This document shows, piece by piece, positions 45,316-54,682 of a stretch of 64,000 nt of DNA. The notes beneath the pieces are model-generated. The model was not told the origin of the DNA, did no database searches, and saw nothing but the letters and a program-made list of their open reading frames with translations. Made by a program: the position numbers and the translations under genes. Position 1 is the first letter of the stretch; each line of letters opens with the position of its first letter. This stretch comes from a virus: positions 32,001 through 96,000 of the IMG/VR virus record IMGVR_UViG_3300021420_000001. One strand, written 5' to 3'.

Positions 45316-46266
45316 TCAATCGTAAATATTAGGAGCGGCTTTACCAGTCAATTCTCGGTAAGTTTTCGCCCAACGCTCGTAGGCATCCTTTGTATTTTGC
45401 CCATAACTACCGTAACGATTTTCACCTTGTTTGAAAGTGTTGCGCAATCTTGACATAGCTCCCAAAGCTTCTTGAACACGCTTTTGATCAGCAGGCCCAG
45501 CAACATCTTTACCTTTCTTTGGGGGCTTGTTCCCATACTTTGTATTTGTCAAATCATCGGTGGGACCAGAGCCTGGCGCTCTAGTATCAGTTGGTCTTGC
45601 ATTCCTGCTAGCAGGCTTCCCCTGAGCCGCTTTTGCGGCAGCCGTCAAAGGCTCAGGCTTGGTATACACCACGTTAGCCTTCTCGATGTCCATGCCCTCA
45701 AACATACCATCCATCGCATATTCGATATAGTCCAAAGCCTCCTGCTTCACCCCAAACATGCGCGGACCGCCAGGACCATTAGCGAACCAGCGACCAGAGT
45801 CCAGCGCCATACCTTCCAACAAGACGAAGTCACCAATCCGGTCTACGATCTGCGCTTGACAGTCTGGCAATGAATCACAGGCGAACCGGAGGGGCATTTG
45901 ATCTTTTGCTCCTACGGTGAGAAGACCACGAGAGGCATCCATCGCTTCCTCCTCGTCTCCCCGTGCCTTAATCGGCCCGCTCACCTGACCATGAGCAACA
46001 ACTCCTTCCGACTTGTAACCAGGGTTTTCCTTCTCTGCTGTGTTTACCGCCTCTTGTCTAGAAGAGGCTCTGAGACGAACTCCACGTCGACGCCCACCTT
46101 CTCCCACTAGATTGACTTGCCACTCCATATCTGCGTCCTCAGCCTCATCCCCGCGTGCCTTACTATACGCAATTGCCGCTGCCTGCTTCGGGTCCTTGCC
46201 GGCGTTGATCTCAGTGCCGATATTGCTACTGATGGTCTCTTTGCTGGAACCTGATTTCAGCGGCAT
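45316..46266 (-). CDS. Modular putative internal head protein
   Basis: N-term MPLKSGSSKETISSNI..KQAAAIAYSKA, then short modules separated by A/G-x-D motifs. Confidence 0.7.
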   Translation of the reverse strand: MPLKSGSSKETISSNIGTEINAGKDPKQAAAIAYSKARGDEAEDADMEWQVNLVGEGGRRRGVRLRASSRQEAVNTAEKENPGYKSEGVVAHGQVSGPIKARGDEEEAMDASRGLLTVGAKDQMPLRFACDSLPDCQAQIVDRIGDFVLLEGMALDSGRWFANGPGGPRMFGVKQEALDYIEYAMDGMFEGMDIEKANVVYTKPEPLTAAAKAAQGKPASRNARPTDTRAPGSGPTDDLTNTKYGNKPPKKGKDVAGPADQKRVQEALGAMSRLRNTFKQGENRYGSYGQNTKDAYERWAKTYRELTGKAAPNIYD

Positions 46267-46278
46267 CAGCGTTTCTCC

Positions 46279-46698
46279 TCAGGCAGTCGGTGAATTCGGC
46301 GGCATCGGGTGGGGGGCGTGGTCTTCAGTCTTGGCTGCTTGACCATTTACAGAAGTCCCTGCAGCCGAAGACTTCTTATCCTGAAAGGCAGCATCCATGA
46401 CTGCAGCAGCGTTACCGAATGCAGGCAAGGCAGCATCGAGAGCCTTGCGCCGCTCGTCGATTGCAGCAACGCCCGCCATGAACCGCCTGAATGAGATTTC
46501 ATATGCGTCGAGGACAGGACCAGCAATCTGGTCTCCTTGAGCAGTATCCTCCATTAGTTTACCAGCACGCTCAGCGTGAGCTGTAATCCGGTCAATGGCT
46601 GATGGCGTGGTCATTTGTACTGTCCTGTTACGGTCTGCTTCAATCCAGAGCGTGAGCAAGCGGTCGAATTGCCTCGGAGCAGAGAGCCATGAATTCAC
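46279..46698 (-). CDS. Hypothetical protein
   Basis: Ala-rich helical ORF in operon orientation. Confidence 0.55.
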   Translation of the reverse strand: MNSWLSAPRQFDRLLTLWIEADRNRTVQMTTPSAIDRITAHAERAGKLMEDTAQGDQIAGPVLDAYEISFRRFMAGVAAIDERRKALDAALPAFGNAAAVMDAAFQDKKSSAAGTSVNGQAAKTEDHAPHPMPPNSPTA

Positions 46699-46967
46699 AT
46701 CGCGCCGCCACCTTCAAACCTGTATGGAAAGCCTAGCCGATTCCGAAGCCACGTCCAATTCCATATGGGCTGAGACGTGCCGCCTATTTTGCGGTCGCCT
46801 AAGAGCGGCCACGCTACCCCCCAATTTTGCAAAGCAAATTGCCACAGCATCCAGCCTCGGTAGCCGCGTGGCCTATGCGCGTCGATGAATGGACGCCATG
46901 ACTTTACGAACGGCGCTAGACCAAACTTGTGGCCCCATAACCATTCGACAAAAGTCAGCGCACTCAT
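46695..46967 (-). CDS. Trp-rich small hypothetical protein
   Basis: 90 aa; ATGA overlap with the portal stop. Confidence 0.5.
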   Translation of the reverse strand: MSALTFVEWLWGHKFGLAPFVKSWRPFIDAHRPRGYRGWMLWQFALQNWGVAWPLLGDRKIGGTSQPIWNWTWLRNRLGFPYRFEGGGAM

Positions 46968-48745
46968 TCCGCAGCCTCGCTTGGCAAAAGCTTCTTCAGC
47001 TTAGTCATACGCTCAGCCCGCTCGGGATGGGGCTTAGGCTGGCTGTGCATCAACCTTACCAGCTTACCCGTCCGGGCCGTGCGATGGCTCATATCGGGTT
47101 CGGACCCATCTAGATCGGGTTCTAAGCCCCCTAGAGCGTCTTCGGACCCATCCTCAGGATTTTCCCCCTCATCCCGTTCGGACGCGCCTGCGACCGTTTC
47201 TGCGGGTTCCTCGCCCTCTCCTAGCTCGGCCTTGACCCCACCACCGCCACCCTTGGGTATGAGGCCGGCTTCGATCTCGCCCTTGAGGTCAGGCATCGTA
47301 GTCTTATCCAAGCCCTGGTAGGGCGATTCGGCATCATCGGCGAGACGGATACGGACCTCTTCCTGACTGATGACACCCATATCAACGTAGATCTGATCGG
47401 TACGGGCCTGGACCTCGCCGACCTCAGAATGTTCTTTCTCATCCATAGACCAGAGCGGCTCGAAGGCGAACGTAATGGCAGGATCAACTTGGCCCCAGAG
47501 GTCTAGCATCGTGAAATGCATCAGACGTGTCAGGTTCTTACGAAGAAAGGTTTCCTGCCGATCATGGATGGTGTCGTAGAATGCCCTGATCTCGCCTTCG
47601 GAGCTCGCATTCAGTCCCGTCGGCTGCAAACCCGTGAACTTGACAGCCGGGATGCGCGCTACCGACATCATGTGTTCTTGGGCTTGGGCCTGTAAGGCAT
47701 CGAGCGTACCAAGAGGCGCAACAGTATTTGTGAACTCCTCGGTGTCCTTGTCGGTCAACATGATGCCGCGATTGTCGCGGAACCGATTGAAGAGTTCTGC
47801 TCGCTTGAAGAGTAGGTCACCACCCTCCATCAGGGACTCAGCTAAGTTTGTCTTCAAACCCCAAACGACGAAGGCGTGGATCAGGTCATTGACGGATTGC
47901 CGGGTTATCAGCCAGTTATCTACGTAGGGCTTCATGATCTGACTGAGTGACAGACCACCAAAGCTATACGCAGGCTTCAGGATGTCGGGAACTTCACGTC
48001 CTACGAAAGTAAGGAAGCGGGAAACATGCAACTCTTTACCCATTACGAACCAGTGTTGGGGGTTGTACCAATCTGGTGCCAAAGGATCATTGGAGTTGTA
48101 ATTGGTCGGGTAGGCCCAGATGGCCTCTACGGTCGTAAGACGTTTCAGTGATCCACGCTTGACCTTGGCCCGACTGATCTTGTTCTGACCATCACCAATC
48201 GGCATGCGGAGTTCGTTAGCATCATCCTTGGAACCAAAATCCAGATGTAGATGGGATCGACCGAAGTAACCATCCTGCTCGATCAGAGTACGGCAACGAT
48301 CCTGGACTTCGAGTTCCTTCCACTTGTCCTCGAGTTCCTTGATCTCCTTACCCTTGTCTGCCTTACCGACAGCTTCGAACTTGATCCATTTACGGCACAT
48401 CTCACCGGCTATTGTTTCGACCGGGATGCGATATTCAGGTCTCTGAGCGAGCTGCGCGAGATAAGGATAGCCTAGGAACTGTAGGCCTTCATGGAACGAT
48501 TGCCCAATAACAGATGAAGCCCAAGAGAAATCGCTATTGAAGCCGGAGTTGTCATCCATCGCCATCTTTGCGGCTTTGACAGCGCGCATGAGGCGGGGCG
48601 GATGGGCCGGGAACTGGAAAGTCTGGACGGATTGTGATGCATTACGTGACGGACCGGCTCTGGCTATGGCCTGATCGTAGGCAAAGCTCAAGTCCTGACG
48701 AGTGGGCTTAGCCTTCTTGCGCTTAGGGATGTAACGGGCGACCAT
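46964..48745 (-). CDS. Portal protein (DUF1073-like) with acidic C-terminal extension
   Basis: FLGYPYLAQLAQRPEYR, HVSR, LKPAYSFGGLSLSQ, GLQPTGLNASSEGEIRAFYD, FEPLW. Confidence 0.92.
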   Translation of the reverse strand: MVARYIPKRKKAKPTRQDLSFAYDQAIARAGPSRNASQSVQTFQFPAHPPRLMRAVKAAKMAMDDNSGFNSDFSWASSVIGQSFHEGLQFLGYPYLAQLAQRPEYRIPVETIAGEMCRKWIKFEAVGKADKGKEIKELEDKWKELEVQDRCRTLIEQDGYFGRSHLHLDFGSKDDANELRMPIGDGQNKISRAKVKRGSLKRLTTVEAIWAYPTNYNSNDPLAPDWYNPQHWFVMGKELHVSRFLTFVGREVPDILKPAYSFGGLSLSQIMKPYVDNWLITRQSVNDLIHAFVVWGLKTNLAESLMEGGDLLFKRAELFNRFRDNRGIMLTDKDTEEFTNTVAPLGTLDALQAQAQEHMMSVARIPAVKFTGLQPTGLNASSEGEIRAFYDTIHDRQETFLRKNLTRLMHFTMLDLWGQVDPAITFAFEPLWSMDEKEHSEVGEVQARTDQIYVDMGVISQEEVRIRLADDAESPYQGLDKTTMPDLKGEIEAGLIPKGGGGGVKAELGEGEEPAETVAGASERDEGENPEDGSEDALGGLEPDLDGSEPDMSHRTARTGKLVRLMHSQPKPHPERAERMTKLKKLLPSEAAE

Positions 48746-49210
48746 TTAACGTTGCCAAGAAGACCCAGTTGCTTCCCAAGGACCATATTTCTTGTGCTCA
48801 GGGTCTGCGTTAACCTGATTTTCAACTTGTTTACGAATTCCGTTTTCCTGCGCAGTACTTCGTGGCCCTGACGTTCGCATTGAAACTGTTAAACGCTTTC
48901 CATCTTTTGCTTTAAGCGAAATTTGCAAACTATGTTCTTCAGCATCTGTTGAAGGCTTCGGCTTTGGAGGAGGTTTACCTTGCCCATACTTCGTATTTGT
49001 CAAATCCTCGATAGGCCCAGAACCAGGGGCTCTAGTATCTAGAGGTCTTGCATCCAACGCTATTCCCTTAACCTCACTCCGCGCAATCCCCACATCCATT
49101 GCCATCCGGCCCGCGTAAGCGACGGCTTCCTGCTGCGTCACGAACTGAATAGAGCGCGAGCCACCATGCTTGAATTCGAGATCGACGGTGAACCAATTAT
49201 CATCACTCAT
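48746..49210 (-). CDS. Modular putative internal head protein
   Basis: Shares DTRAPGSGPxxDLTNTKYG with 45316..46266; has AMD, ALD and STD motifs. Confidence 0.65.
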   Translation of the reverse strand: MSDDNWFTVDLEFKHGGSRSIQFVTQQEAVAYAGRMAMDVGIARSEVKGIALDARPLDTRAPGSGPIEDLTNTKYGQGKPPPKPKPSTDAEEHSLQISLKAKDGKRLTVSMRTSGPRSTAQENGIRKQVENQVNADPEHKKYGPWEATGSSWQR

Positions 49211-49485
49211 TTGCGCCCTCGCTCTGCTACCGCAAACTGATCAGTCGTAGCGTCCTGACTCAGGACCACGGACTTAGCGTCAGCCGTACCGGCAACCTTG
49301 TACTGGTCCTTGGGCTCGACTTCGCTACGCTGCAAAGGCGGACCAACCCGACCCAGGACCTCATCCGTGATCAGGTTCCAATCAATGCCTTTACGCTCCC
49401 GATCAGACATTATCTGGACCGGAGCCATGATGTGGAACAGGTCGACCTTCGTCAGGACCATAGACCCGAAGCCACTGACCGCCAC
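49207..49485 (-). CDS. Hypothetical protein
   Basis: 92 aa, operon orientation. Confidence 0.5.
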   Translation of the reverse strand: MAVSGFGSMVLTKVDLFHIMAPVQIMSDRERKGIDWNLITDEVLGRVGPPLQRSEVEPKDQYKVAGTADAKSVVLSQDATTDQFAVAERGRK

Positions 49486-49580
49486 AGACTTCCCAAAGCA
49501 GGCCAGTTGATCCGCGCATACGCGTTCCCTCAGGATACACGCTTGCGCTAGCTCTTGGGGGTCACTGCCAATCGGGTGTC

Positions 49581-49775
49581 TTAGTTTCGGACATTGACGA
49601 AGGCCCCATGTCCCGCCGCGAGTCGGGCAAGGTAGTGCTCATGGCTCAAACCAAAAGACCAGGCCTCGTAACGACGGATTTGCTCAGACTCATACTTCCA
49701 GGGGGGACGAGGCTGATCTCTCACAGCAGGATCGGCCATGTCATTGGTTCTGTCGACGGCATAAGAGTCAGTCAT
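49581..49775 (-). CDS. Small hypothetical protein
   Basis: 64 aa. Confidence 0.5.
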   Translation of the reverse strand: MTDSYAVDRTNDMADPAVRDQPRPPWKYESEQIRRYEAWSFGLSHEHYLARLAAGHGAFVNVRN

Positions 49776-50034
49776 GCTTTGTACCGGCTATACGCTTGGC
49801 CATTTCATTGGACAAGGTCGTAGCGTCGGCAAGCGAGAGTCCAGCCTTCTGGGCATTTGCCAATACTGCCGAAGGAGCGTGCGTTGGTACCTGAGAATCA
49901 ACAAACCGAAACGGCATACCCGCAAGTAGGTGCAACTCGGCATCGCCCTTGAGGGGCGTACCCAACTGCTTGTTGAGTACGACCGGGATGGTGTCGACGT
50001 TCAGGTGTGCGGGGAGAGGTGCCATAATATTCAT
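49768..50034 (-). CDS. Small hypothetical protein
   Basis: 88 aa; AGGA upstream. Confidence 0.55.
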   Translation of the reverse strand: MNIMAPLPAHLNVDTIPVVLNKQLGTPLKGDAELHLLAGMPFRFVDSQVPTHAPSAVLANAQKAGLSLADATTLSNEMAKRIAGTKHD

Positions 50035-50037
50035 ATC

Positions 50038-50241
50038 CTATTTCTGAGAAGAAGGTTTCCGCACCCAAGCACCTTGCCAATTGGCCCCTTCCTCCAACCG
50101 CAGGAAACCTATTGCATCAGCGGTGGGACCAGAAGATTTCTGCGCCTGAAGGCGGGGCGTGACATAGCCAGACAAAGGTATACGCCAGACCGGCATTGGA
50201 GTCTTCTTGGAAATCTGATTACGCGTAGGACGTTTATTCAT
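50038..50241 (-). CDS. Small hypothetical protein
   Basis: 67 aa; ATGA overlap with the terL stop. Confidence 0.45.
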   Translation of the reverse strand: MNKRPTRNQISKKTPMPVWRIPLSGYVTPRLQAQKSSGPTADAIGFLRLEEGANWQGAWVRKPSSQK

Positions 50242-51899
50242 ATCCTTGCCAATACTTGATCAGAGATTCGCATGACGGCCTTAGGTGGAACAGGCCAGTA
50301 GCACATGACGACGGAATCAGCCAAATTAGGGGATTTGGAACCATCAGGCTGCTTGTTGACCAGTAGCTTCAGCTTCGAAGACTGACCCATCGTAGGCTGG
50401 CTCAATTCTTTCTGCAGCTTACGTATAAGCGGTATGCGCGAATCGAAACTGATCAATTCCTCGACCTTGTAGGTAAACCCGAGCTCGGTACGGGCTCTAT
50501 GGGTCTGCTCGCAACATCGCGCCAACTGCCACCAGGCTTGCGCCTTCAGGTTCTGGTAGAAGTCCGAGTTGATCGGAGAATCCTTGTCCCTCGGAATGAC
50601 GTTCTTGTCGGGATAGAGAACCTCGGCGCCAGCGTTCCACGGACAGAGGCGGATATTCCTGGGCATGAAGCCTTCGGCACTTAGGCGATTGCCCTCTGAT
50701 TTGACGTTGGTACCTACACCTATAACATCGTACTGAAGATTGATCGGACCTAACCCCTTACAGGCGGCTATGGCACGACGCGCCGTGACGCCGGGGTCTG
50801 GTGCACCCCACTCATCCAGGGTTCTAAGAACCCTACCTTTGCGTAACGCCAAAGCGTTGGTATCACCACCCTCGTCAGCTACGTCAAGAGCACCGCACCA
50901 CAGCCCATCGTCATTGAAACCGGGAATGTGTAGATGGGCATCGACGCAGGAGTCGAACCATTCCGGCTTGATGATGACCCCGACAACCGAGGCCCCATAA
51001 TTACGATCGACCTCTTGCGCGAAGATATGCTCCAAGCCCTCGGCTACCGCCTTGGACTTACGTCCATCGTACCACTCCTGGGTCTTACCCGGATGGTCGC
51101 GCCAGTCCATGACGAAGACGTTGACGCGGTCTTTGTGGATTGATTGACCGGGAGCCCAATCTACTCCAGATTCTCTTTTACGGTGGAAGACCGTTCCCAT
51201 TCCGTAGACGGAACTGAAGTCAATCTGCACTTTGGCGTTGTCGGAGAGTGCCGCCTCGATCAGCTCAGGTCTTTCGTACTTTGCAGCCTCATCCTTGAAG
51301 TAGATAAGTGAGCGACCGCCTCGTCCGATTTCATCACCGGACTCACCTGTAATGGCCCCGCCACCACTCGGGTTGATGATCTTCAGGGAGCCCATATGGT
51401 CGCGTAAATTGAATCCGGGTGGGTAGAATTCTACGGGCAGACGTTCGATAGCCCTACGAATCTTCTCGAAGATCGAGTTCATGTCGCCGATACGATCGAC
51501 GAGGTCAGATTTGCGGGAGCCCCACCCGATCGCAGCACCGTCCCAGAACCGCCAGAGATGGATGGAGATCGCGCAGCAGAGCCAGGTGACCCCCATGTCC
51601 CTGGATTTCTCGATGAGCCCAGAGCCCCCTTCTTTCAGGCAGGCATAAATGAAGTTGACGGCTTCGCGCTGACGCTTGAAGAGTTTGAATGGGAGATACG
51701 TAAGCTGATCCGTGCCCGCATTGCGGGGATCGTAAGTGTCAATCCAATGCTCGATGAATTCTACTGGATGATCTTTGTAGTACTCAATTGCACCGGCTAA
51801 GAGTCGTGGCTCCTTGCGAAGGCGTATGAGCTGCTCTTGGCGCCAGGCAAAATGCTTTGTGTAATTAGGTGGCCAGGGAACTATACGCTGGAGCATCAC
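50238..51899 (-). CDS. terL: Terminase large subunit
   Basis: LFKRQ, Walker A EKSRDMGVTW, Walker B YFKDEAA, nuclease GALDVADEGGD, NLKAQAWW, KSPNLADS. Confidence 0.93.
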   Translation of the reverse strand: MMLQRIVPWPPNYTKHFAWRQEQLIRLRKEPRLLAGAIEYYKDHPVEFIEHWIDTYDPRNAGTDQLTYLPFKLFKRQREAVNFIYACLKEGGSGLIEKSRDMGVTWLCCAISIHLWRFWDGAAIGWGSRKSDLVDRIGDMNSIFEKIRRAIERLPVEFYPPGFNLRDHMGSLKIINPSGGGAITGESGDEIGRGGRSLIYFKDEAAKYERPELIEAALSDNAKVQIDFSSVYGMGTVFHRKRESGVDWAPGQSIHKDRVNVFVMDWRDHPGKTQEWYDGRKSKAVAEGLEHIFAQEVDRNYGASVVGVIIKPEWFDSCVDAHLHIPGFNDDGLWCGALDVADEGGDTNALALRKGRVLRTLDEWGAPDPGVTARRAIAACKGLGPINLQYDVIGVGTNVKSEGNRLSAEGFMPRNIRLCPWNAGAEVLYPDKNVIPRDKDSPINSDFYQNLKAQAWWQLARCCEQTHRARTELGFTYKVEELISFDSRIPLIRKLQKELSQPTMGQSSKLKLLVNKQPDGSKSPNLADSVVMCYWPVPPKAVMRISDQVLARI

Positions 51900-51908
51900 A
51901 CAACGACG

Positions 51909-52148
51909 CTAACCCACCTTCACGTTGATCGCACGAGCACCCTTCTTGACCAACTCGACCTGAAAAGAGATGGGCTGACCCTCTTTCAACTCCGTAACAC
52001 CCTCAGGCAGAGCATTGATGTGTAGAAACACATCCTTATCACCCTCGACATCCTTGGGCTTGTTGATGAAGCCATATCCCTTCTCAGTGTTGAACCACTT
52101 AATGGTGCTGGTGTAGCGTTCACTTACGTTTCCGTTGACTTCACTCAC
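51909..52148 (-). CDS. csp: Cold-shock domain protein
   Basis: IKWFNTEKGYGFI (RNP1), DVFLHINAL (RNP2), LKEGQ. Confidence 0.93.
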   Translation of the reverse strand: MSEVNGNVSERYTSTIKWFNTEKGYGFINKPKDVEGDKDVFLHINALPEGVTELKEGQPISFQVELVKKGARAINVKVG

Positions 52149-52348
52149 GATGACGTACTTTCCTTCTCAGGGATGATAGTCGTGTTCTGCAGGTAGTTGT
52201 AGATATTGACCTGCATCTGCTCCAGCATCAAGACCCAACCCGGGACGTTCGGATCAGTACCAGACAACTTGTTGGAAGTTCGGTACTGGCTCGTAGCCTC
52301 TGACATAGCCGCAGAGGAGTCGATGAGCAATTGACGTTCAGGAGTCAT
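52145..52348 (-). CDS. Small hypothetical protein
   Basis: 67 aa, overlapping neighbours. Confidence 0.5.
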   Translation of the reverse strand: MTPERQLLIDSSAAMSEATSQYRTSNKLSGTDPNVPGWVLMLEQMQVNIYNYLQNTTIIPEKESTSS

Positions 52349-52572
52349 AGCTTTACAATAATACCTGTACAGAGCAGCGTTAGAAACTCATAAGGATCCT
52401 GAAGCGCGCAATGCCTCCAGTACTCTCGATTACATATTTCACAGAGGCATTGACCAGAAGCGCGGTGATAATCTCCACGCTCAATCCTAGCTTCAATATC
52501 CTCAGTAACTTCAGCCCGATGACCAAATGCTTTACGTAGCACGTTCTGTCTCCGCCTGGGTCTTGTGCTCAC
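52345..52572 (-). CDS. Small Cys/His hypothetical protein
   Basis: RASGQCLCEICNREYWRH...LLCTGIIVKL. Confidence 0.6.
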   Translation of the reverse strand: MSTRPRRRQNVLRKAFGHRAEVTEDIEARIERGDYHRASGQCLCEICNREYWRHCALQDPYEFLTLLCTGIIVKL

Positions 52573-52801
52573 GTGACGTCACAATCTTCAGCGTACCTGT
52601 GAATGGTTTCTGCTCAGGAGTATAGAACCTCGCCATATCCCTGAGCTCCATACGCATACGCAGGTCAGAGTGCTTGGTAGGTTCCGGATGGCGGCTACCA
52701 GAGAGAACCTGATTACGGGGATCCCAGGGCTTGCTGGTATCAAGGGTAAGCATCTTTTCGAGCAACGCTTCATTAGCACGAATGGATTCAGGAGAGGACA
52801 T
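52532..52801 (-). CDS. Small hypothetical protein
   Basis: 89 aa; TAATG overlap. Confidence 0.5.
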   Translation of the reverse strand: MSSPESIRANEALLEKMLTLDTSKPWDPRNQVLSGSRHPEPTKHSDLRMRMELRDMARFYTPEQKPFTGTLKIVTSREHKTQAETERAT

Positions 52802-53091
52802 TAAATTTTCTCGAATGGCTTATTAGGATCAGACGGGATTTCATTCCGCGTAAGCCAACTCATAACCTTGTACTTCAAGAAATTACCCATTTGAGCCGCA
52901 ACGTCACAGTTAGCTTTGTCCTTACCGTAGGTTGTTACATGCTCAGCAATTTGGTCTGGTCCGGCTCCAACCTTACGAGCAATAATTACAACCTGATCGA
53001 AACCATACTTCTTAGAAATTGCTTCAGCGGCGCTAACAGGAATGGGCTTAGCACTCTCATCAGAACTCAAGTACGAAGATCGACCACCCAC
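52801..53091 (-). CDS. Small hypothetical protein
   Basis: KPIPVSAAEAISKKYGFDQVVIIARKVG..EHVTTYG. Confidence 0.6.
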   Translation of the reverse strand: MGGRSSYLSSDESAKPIPVSAAEAISKKYGFDQVVIIARKVGAGPDQIAEHVTTYGKDKANCDVAAQMGNFLKYKVMSWLTRNEIPSDPNKPFEKI

Positions 53092-53103
53092 AATACGCTG
53101 TCC

Positions 53104-53472
53104 CTATTTCGATGCGATCAACTTGGGTTTGAACTCAACCCGGCTATGCAACGTCTCCTCGTACAACTTTGCTGCCTCCTGCGGGGTGATGTCCTTCACT
53201 TCATGAATCATACGGTGGGTGTGTTCGACAGTACCCTGATGCGTCATGTTTGCTGTTATCGCAATTGGCATCTTGGAATGCTGATAAGGGAGAGCCTGGG
53301 CAGCGGCATAATCCCTACGCTCATCCGGCATCTTGGGATCACGATATATTCTGACAAAATACTCGAGAGGGGTTTCACCCGTAGAAGCAACATGCTCCCG
53401 TAATGCCTTAGTAACCTTATTCGGAATTCCCTTTTTCCGACCACCACCAGGACGCGCACCACCTCTCGGCAT
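53104..53472 (-). CDS. terS: Terminase small subunit (putative)
   Basis: MPRGGARPGGGRKKGIPNKVT...TPLEY...RRDYAAAQALPYQH; upstream of terL. Confidence 0.8.
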   Translation of the reverse strand: MPRGGARPGGGRKKGIPNKVTKALREHVASTGETPLEYFVRIYRDPKMPDERRDYAAAQALPYQHSKMPIAITANMTHQGTVEHTHRMIHEVKDITPQEAAKLYEETLHSRVEFKPKLIASK

Positions 53473-53718
53473 CAGACCTACTCAAACTTTGTTAATTTTC
53501 CAAAGTAAAACTACTACTACTACTTATCGACCACATTACGTCGTTCTTGCTCAGCAATTGTAGCGACTCGGATGATCCTATCTAGGTAATCTATTTCAAT
53601 AGATTGAGGGGCCGTTGCATTATTCTGGCAACGCCAGAAATCTGCCAAGGTCACAACAGTCGAATATGGAACACCTAACTGCCTTGCAATCGTCAGGAAC
53701 GGATACGAAGAGGACATT

Positions 53719-53901
53719 TCAAAATCCTTGGTATGGTCGACGTTCCTTGGGAAGCTTTCCGGCCTTCCTTGCCCTACACCAGATCATGTATATCGTGATG
53801 GGTTTGAGATTGAACCACTCGGCAATTTCCTTACCGGTAAAGGAACTCTTCCAGAGACGTATAATTTTTTCATGGAAACCGGGAGGCGGATGAGTCTGCA
53901 T
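53719..53901 (-). CDS. Small HTH protein
   Basis: IIRLWKSSFTGKEIAEWFNL..ITIYMIWCRAR. Confidence 0.55.
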   Translation of the reverse strand: MQTHPPPGFHEKIIRLWKSSFTGKEIAEWFNLKPITIYMIWCRARKAGKLPKERRPYQGF

Positions 53902-53908
53902 TCTCTAA

Positions 53909-54655
53909 TCATACCTTATCGAGACTTAACTCAACCGCACTGCATAAGAAATCACAAGAAGGAACAATTGGATTGGTAGTGGGGTAATCAAGAGGGATTT
54001 CATCAATGAAACAACGTTCGCCTTTAATAATTGTCAATCGCACATCCAATTCTCGGGAAAGTTTCACCATGCGCTGAAATTTGTCAGGAAACTCTTTTCG
54101 GACTAACGCCCAATACCCTGGAGCCGACGCCTTTACGCAAGGCATGCAATTGTTGTTTTGAAACCCTAATCCGTAAAGAATGGGAAGTTGAATTCCCGCT
54201 CGTTTGACTATCGCTAGGCATTCCGCCTTGGTCACATAACGCTGAATCAAAGGGGTCTGAACAGTCAATTCTGGATAATTGGTCCGAAAGGCTCTTGCCC
54301 TTTTTCGATCAGCGCCGTCATAAGTATACCCAAATACATGAATGTCGGTCGGTCTTTGGTACTCGAGCCTGGGTCCTATCTTCAACGTTCTCGTACAAGG
54401 GGCACCATGAATCCCCGAAAGGTAGCGTTCCTTAGTCCAGACATCCCAAGTATCGACATACTGATCAGATCTCAATTTTACGACTTTACGACCAAACCAT
54501 TTTTCGCAATCTCGCAGGAAACGTTTATTATCTGGATGCTCGGCTCCAGTATCACAATACACCGGAATGGACTTAGGAGTAAGTTTCGTCGCCAGTGCCG
54601 AGGCTGCTCCGCAAGAAAACCAGCTTATGATCCGGGGTTCGGGCATCCAAAGCAA
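53909..54655 (-). CDS. PAPS reductase-like / PP-loop ATPase family protein
   Basis: ISWFSCGAASA, YCDTGAEHPDN, APCTRTLK, GFQNNNCMPCVK, SCDFLC. Confidence 0.8.
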   Translation of the reverse strand: MLWMPEPRIISWFSCGAASALATKLTPKSIPVYCDTGAEHPDNKRFLRDCEKWFGRKVVKLRSDQYVDTWDVWTKERYLSGIHGAPCTRTLKIGPRLEYQRPTDIHVFGYTYDGADRKRARAFRTNYPELTVQTPLIQRYVTKAECLAIVKRAGIQLPILYGLGFQNNNCMPCVKASAPGYWALVRKEFPDKFQRMVKLSRELDVRLTIIKGERCFIDEIPLDYPTTNPIVPSCDFLCSAVELSLDKV

Positions 54656-54670
54656 TCATACCCTGAAAAA

Positions 54671-54682
54671 ACGGCTACCGCA
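54671..54682 (-). promoter_or_regulatory. ops-like element (TGCGGTAGCCGT)
   Basis: Matches the GCGGTAG core of the RfaH ops consensus GGCGGTAGnnTG. Lies in the short intergenic gap directly after the NusG-like gene; a TACAAT hexamer is at 54728-54733. Confidence 0.55.

Noticed and set aside
46964-48745. Anti-CBASS Acb1-type annotation sometimes attached to DUF1073 proteins
   Set aside because: No HxT/HxS phosphoesterase domain seen; the C-terminal extension is low-complexity acidic sequence, and position and motifs indicate a portal.
53909-54655. Sulfate-assimilation cysH or a dnd phosphorothioate operon
   Set aside because: No other cys or dnd genes in the window; only family-level PP-loop/Cys motifs are supported.
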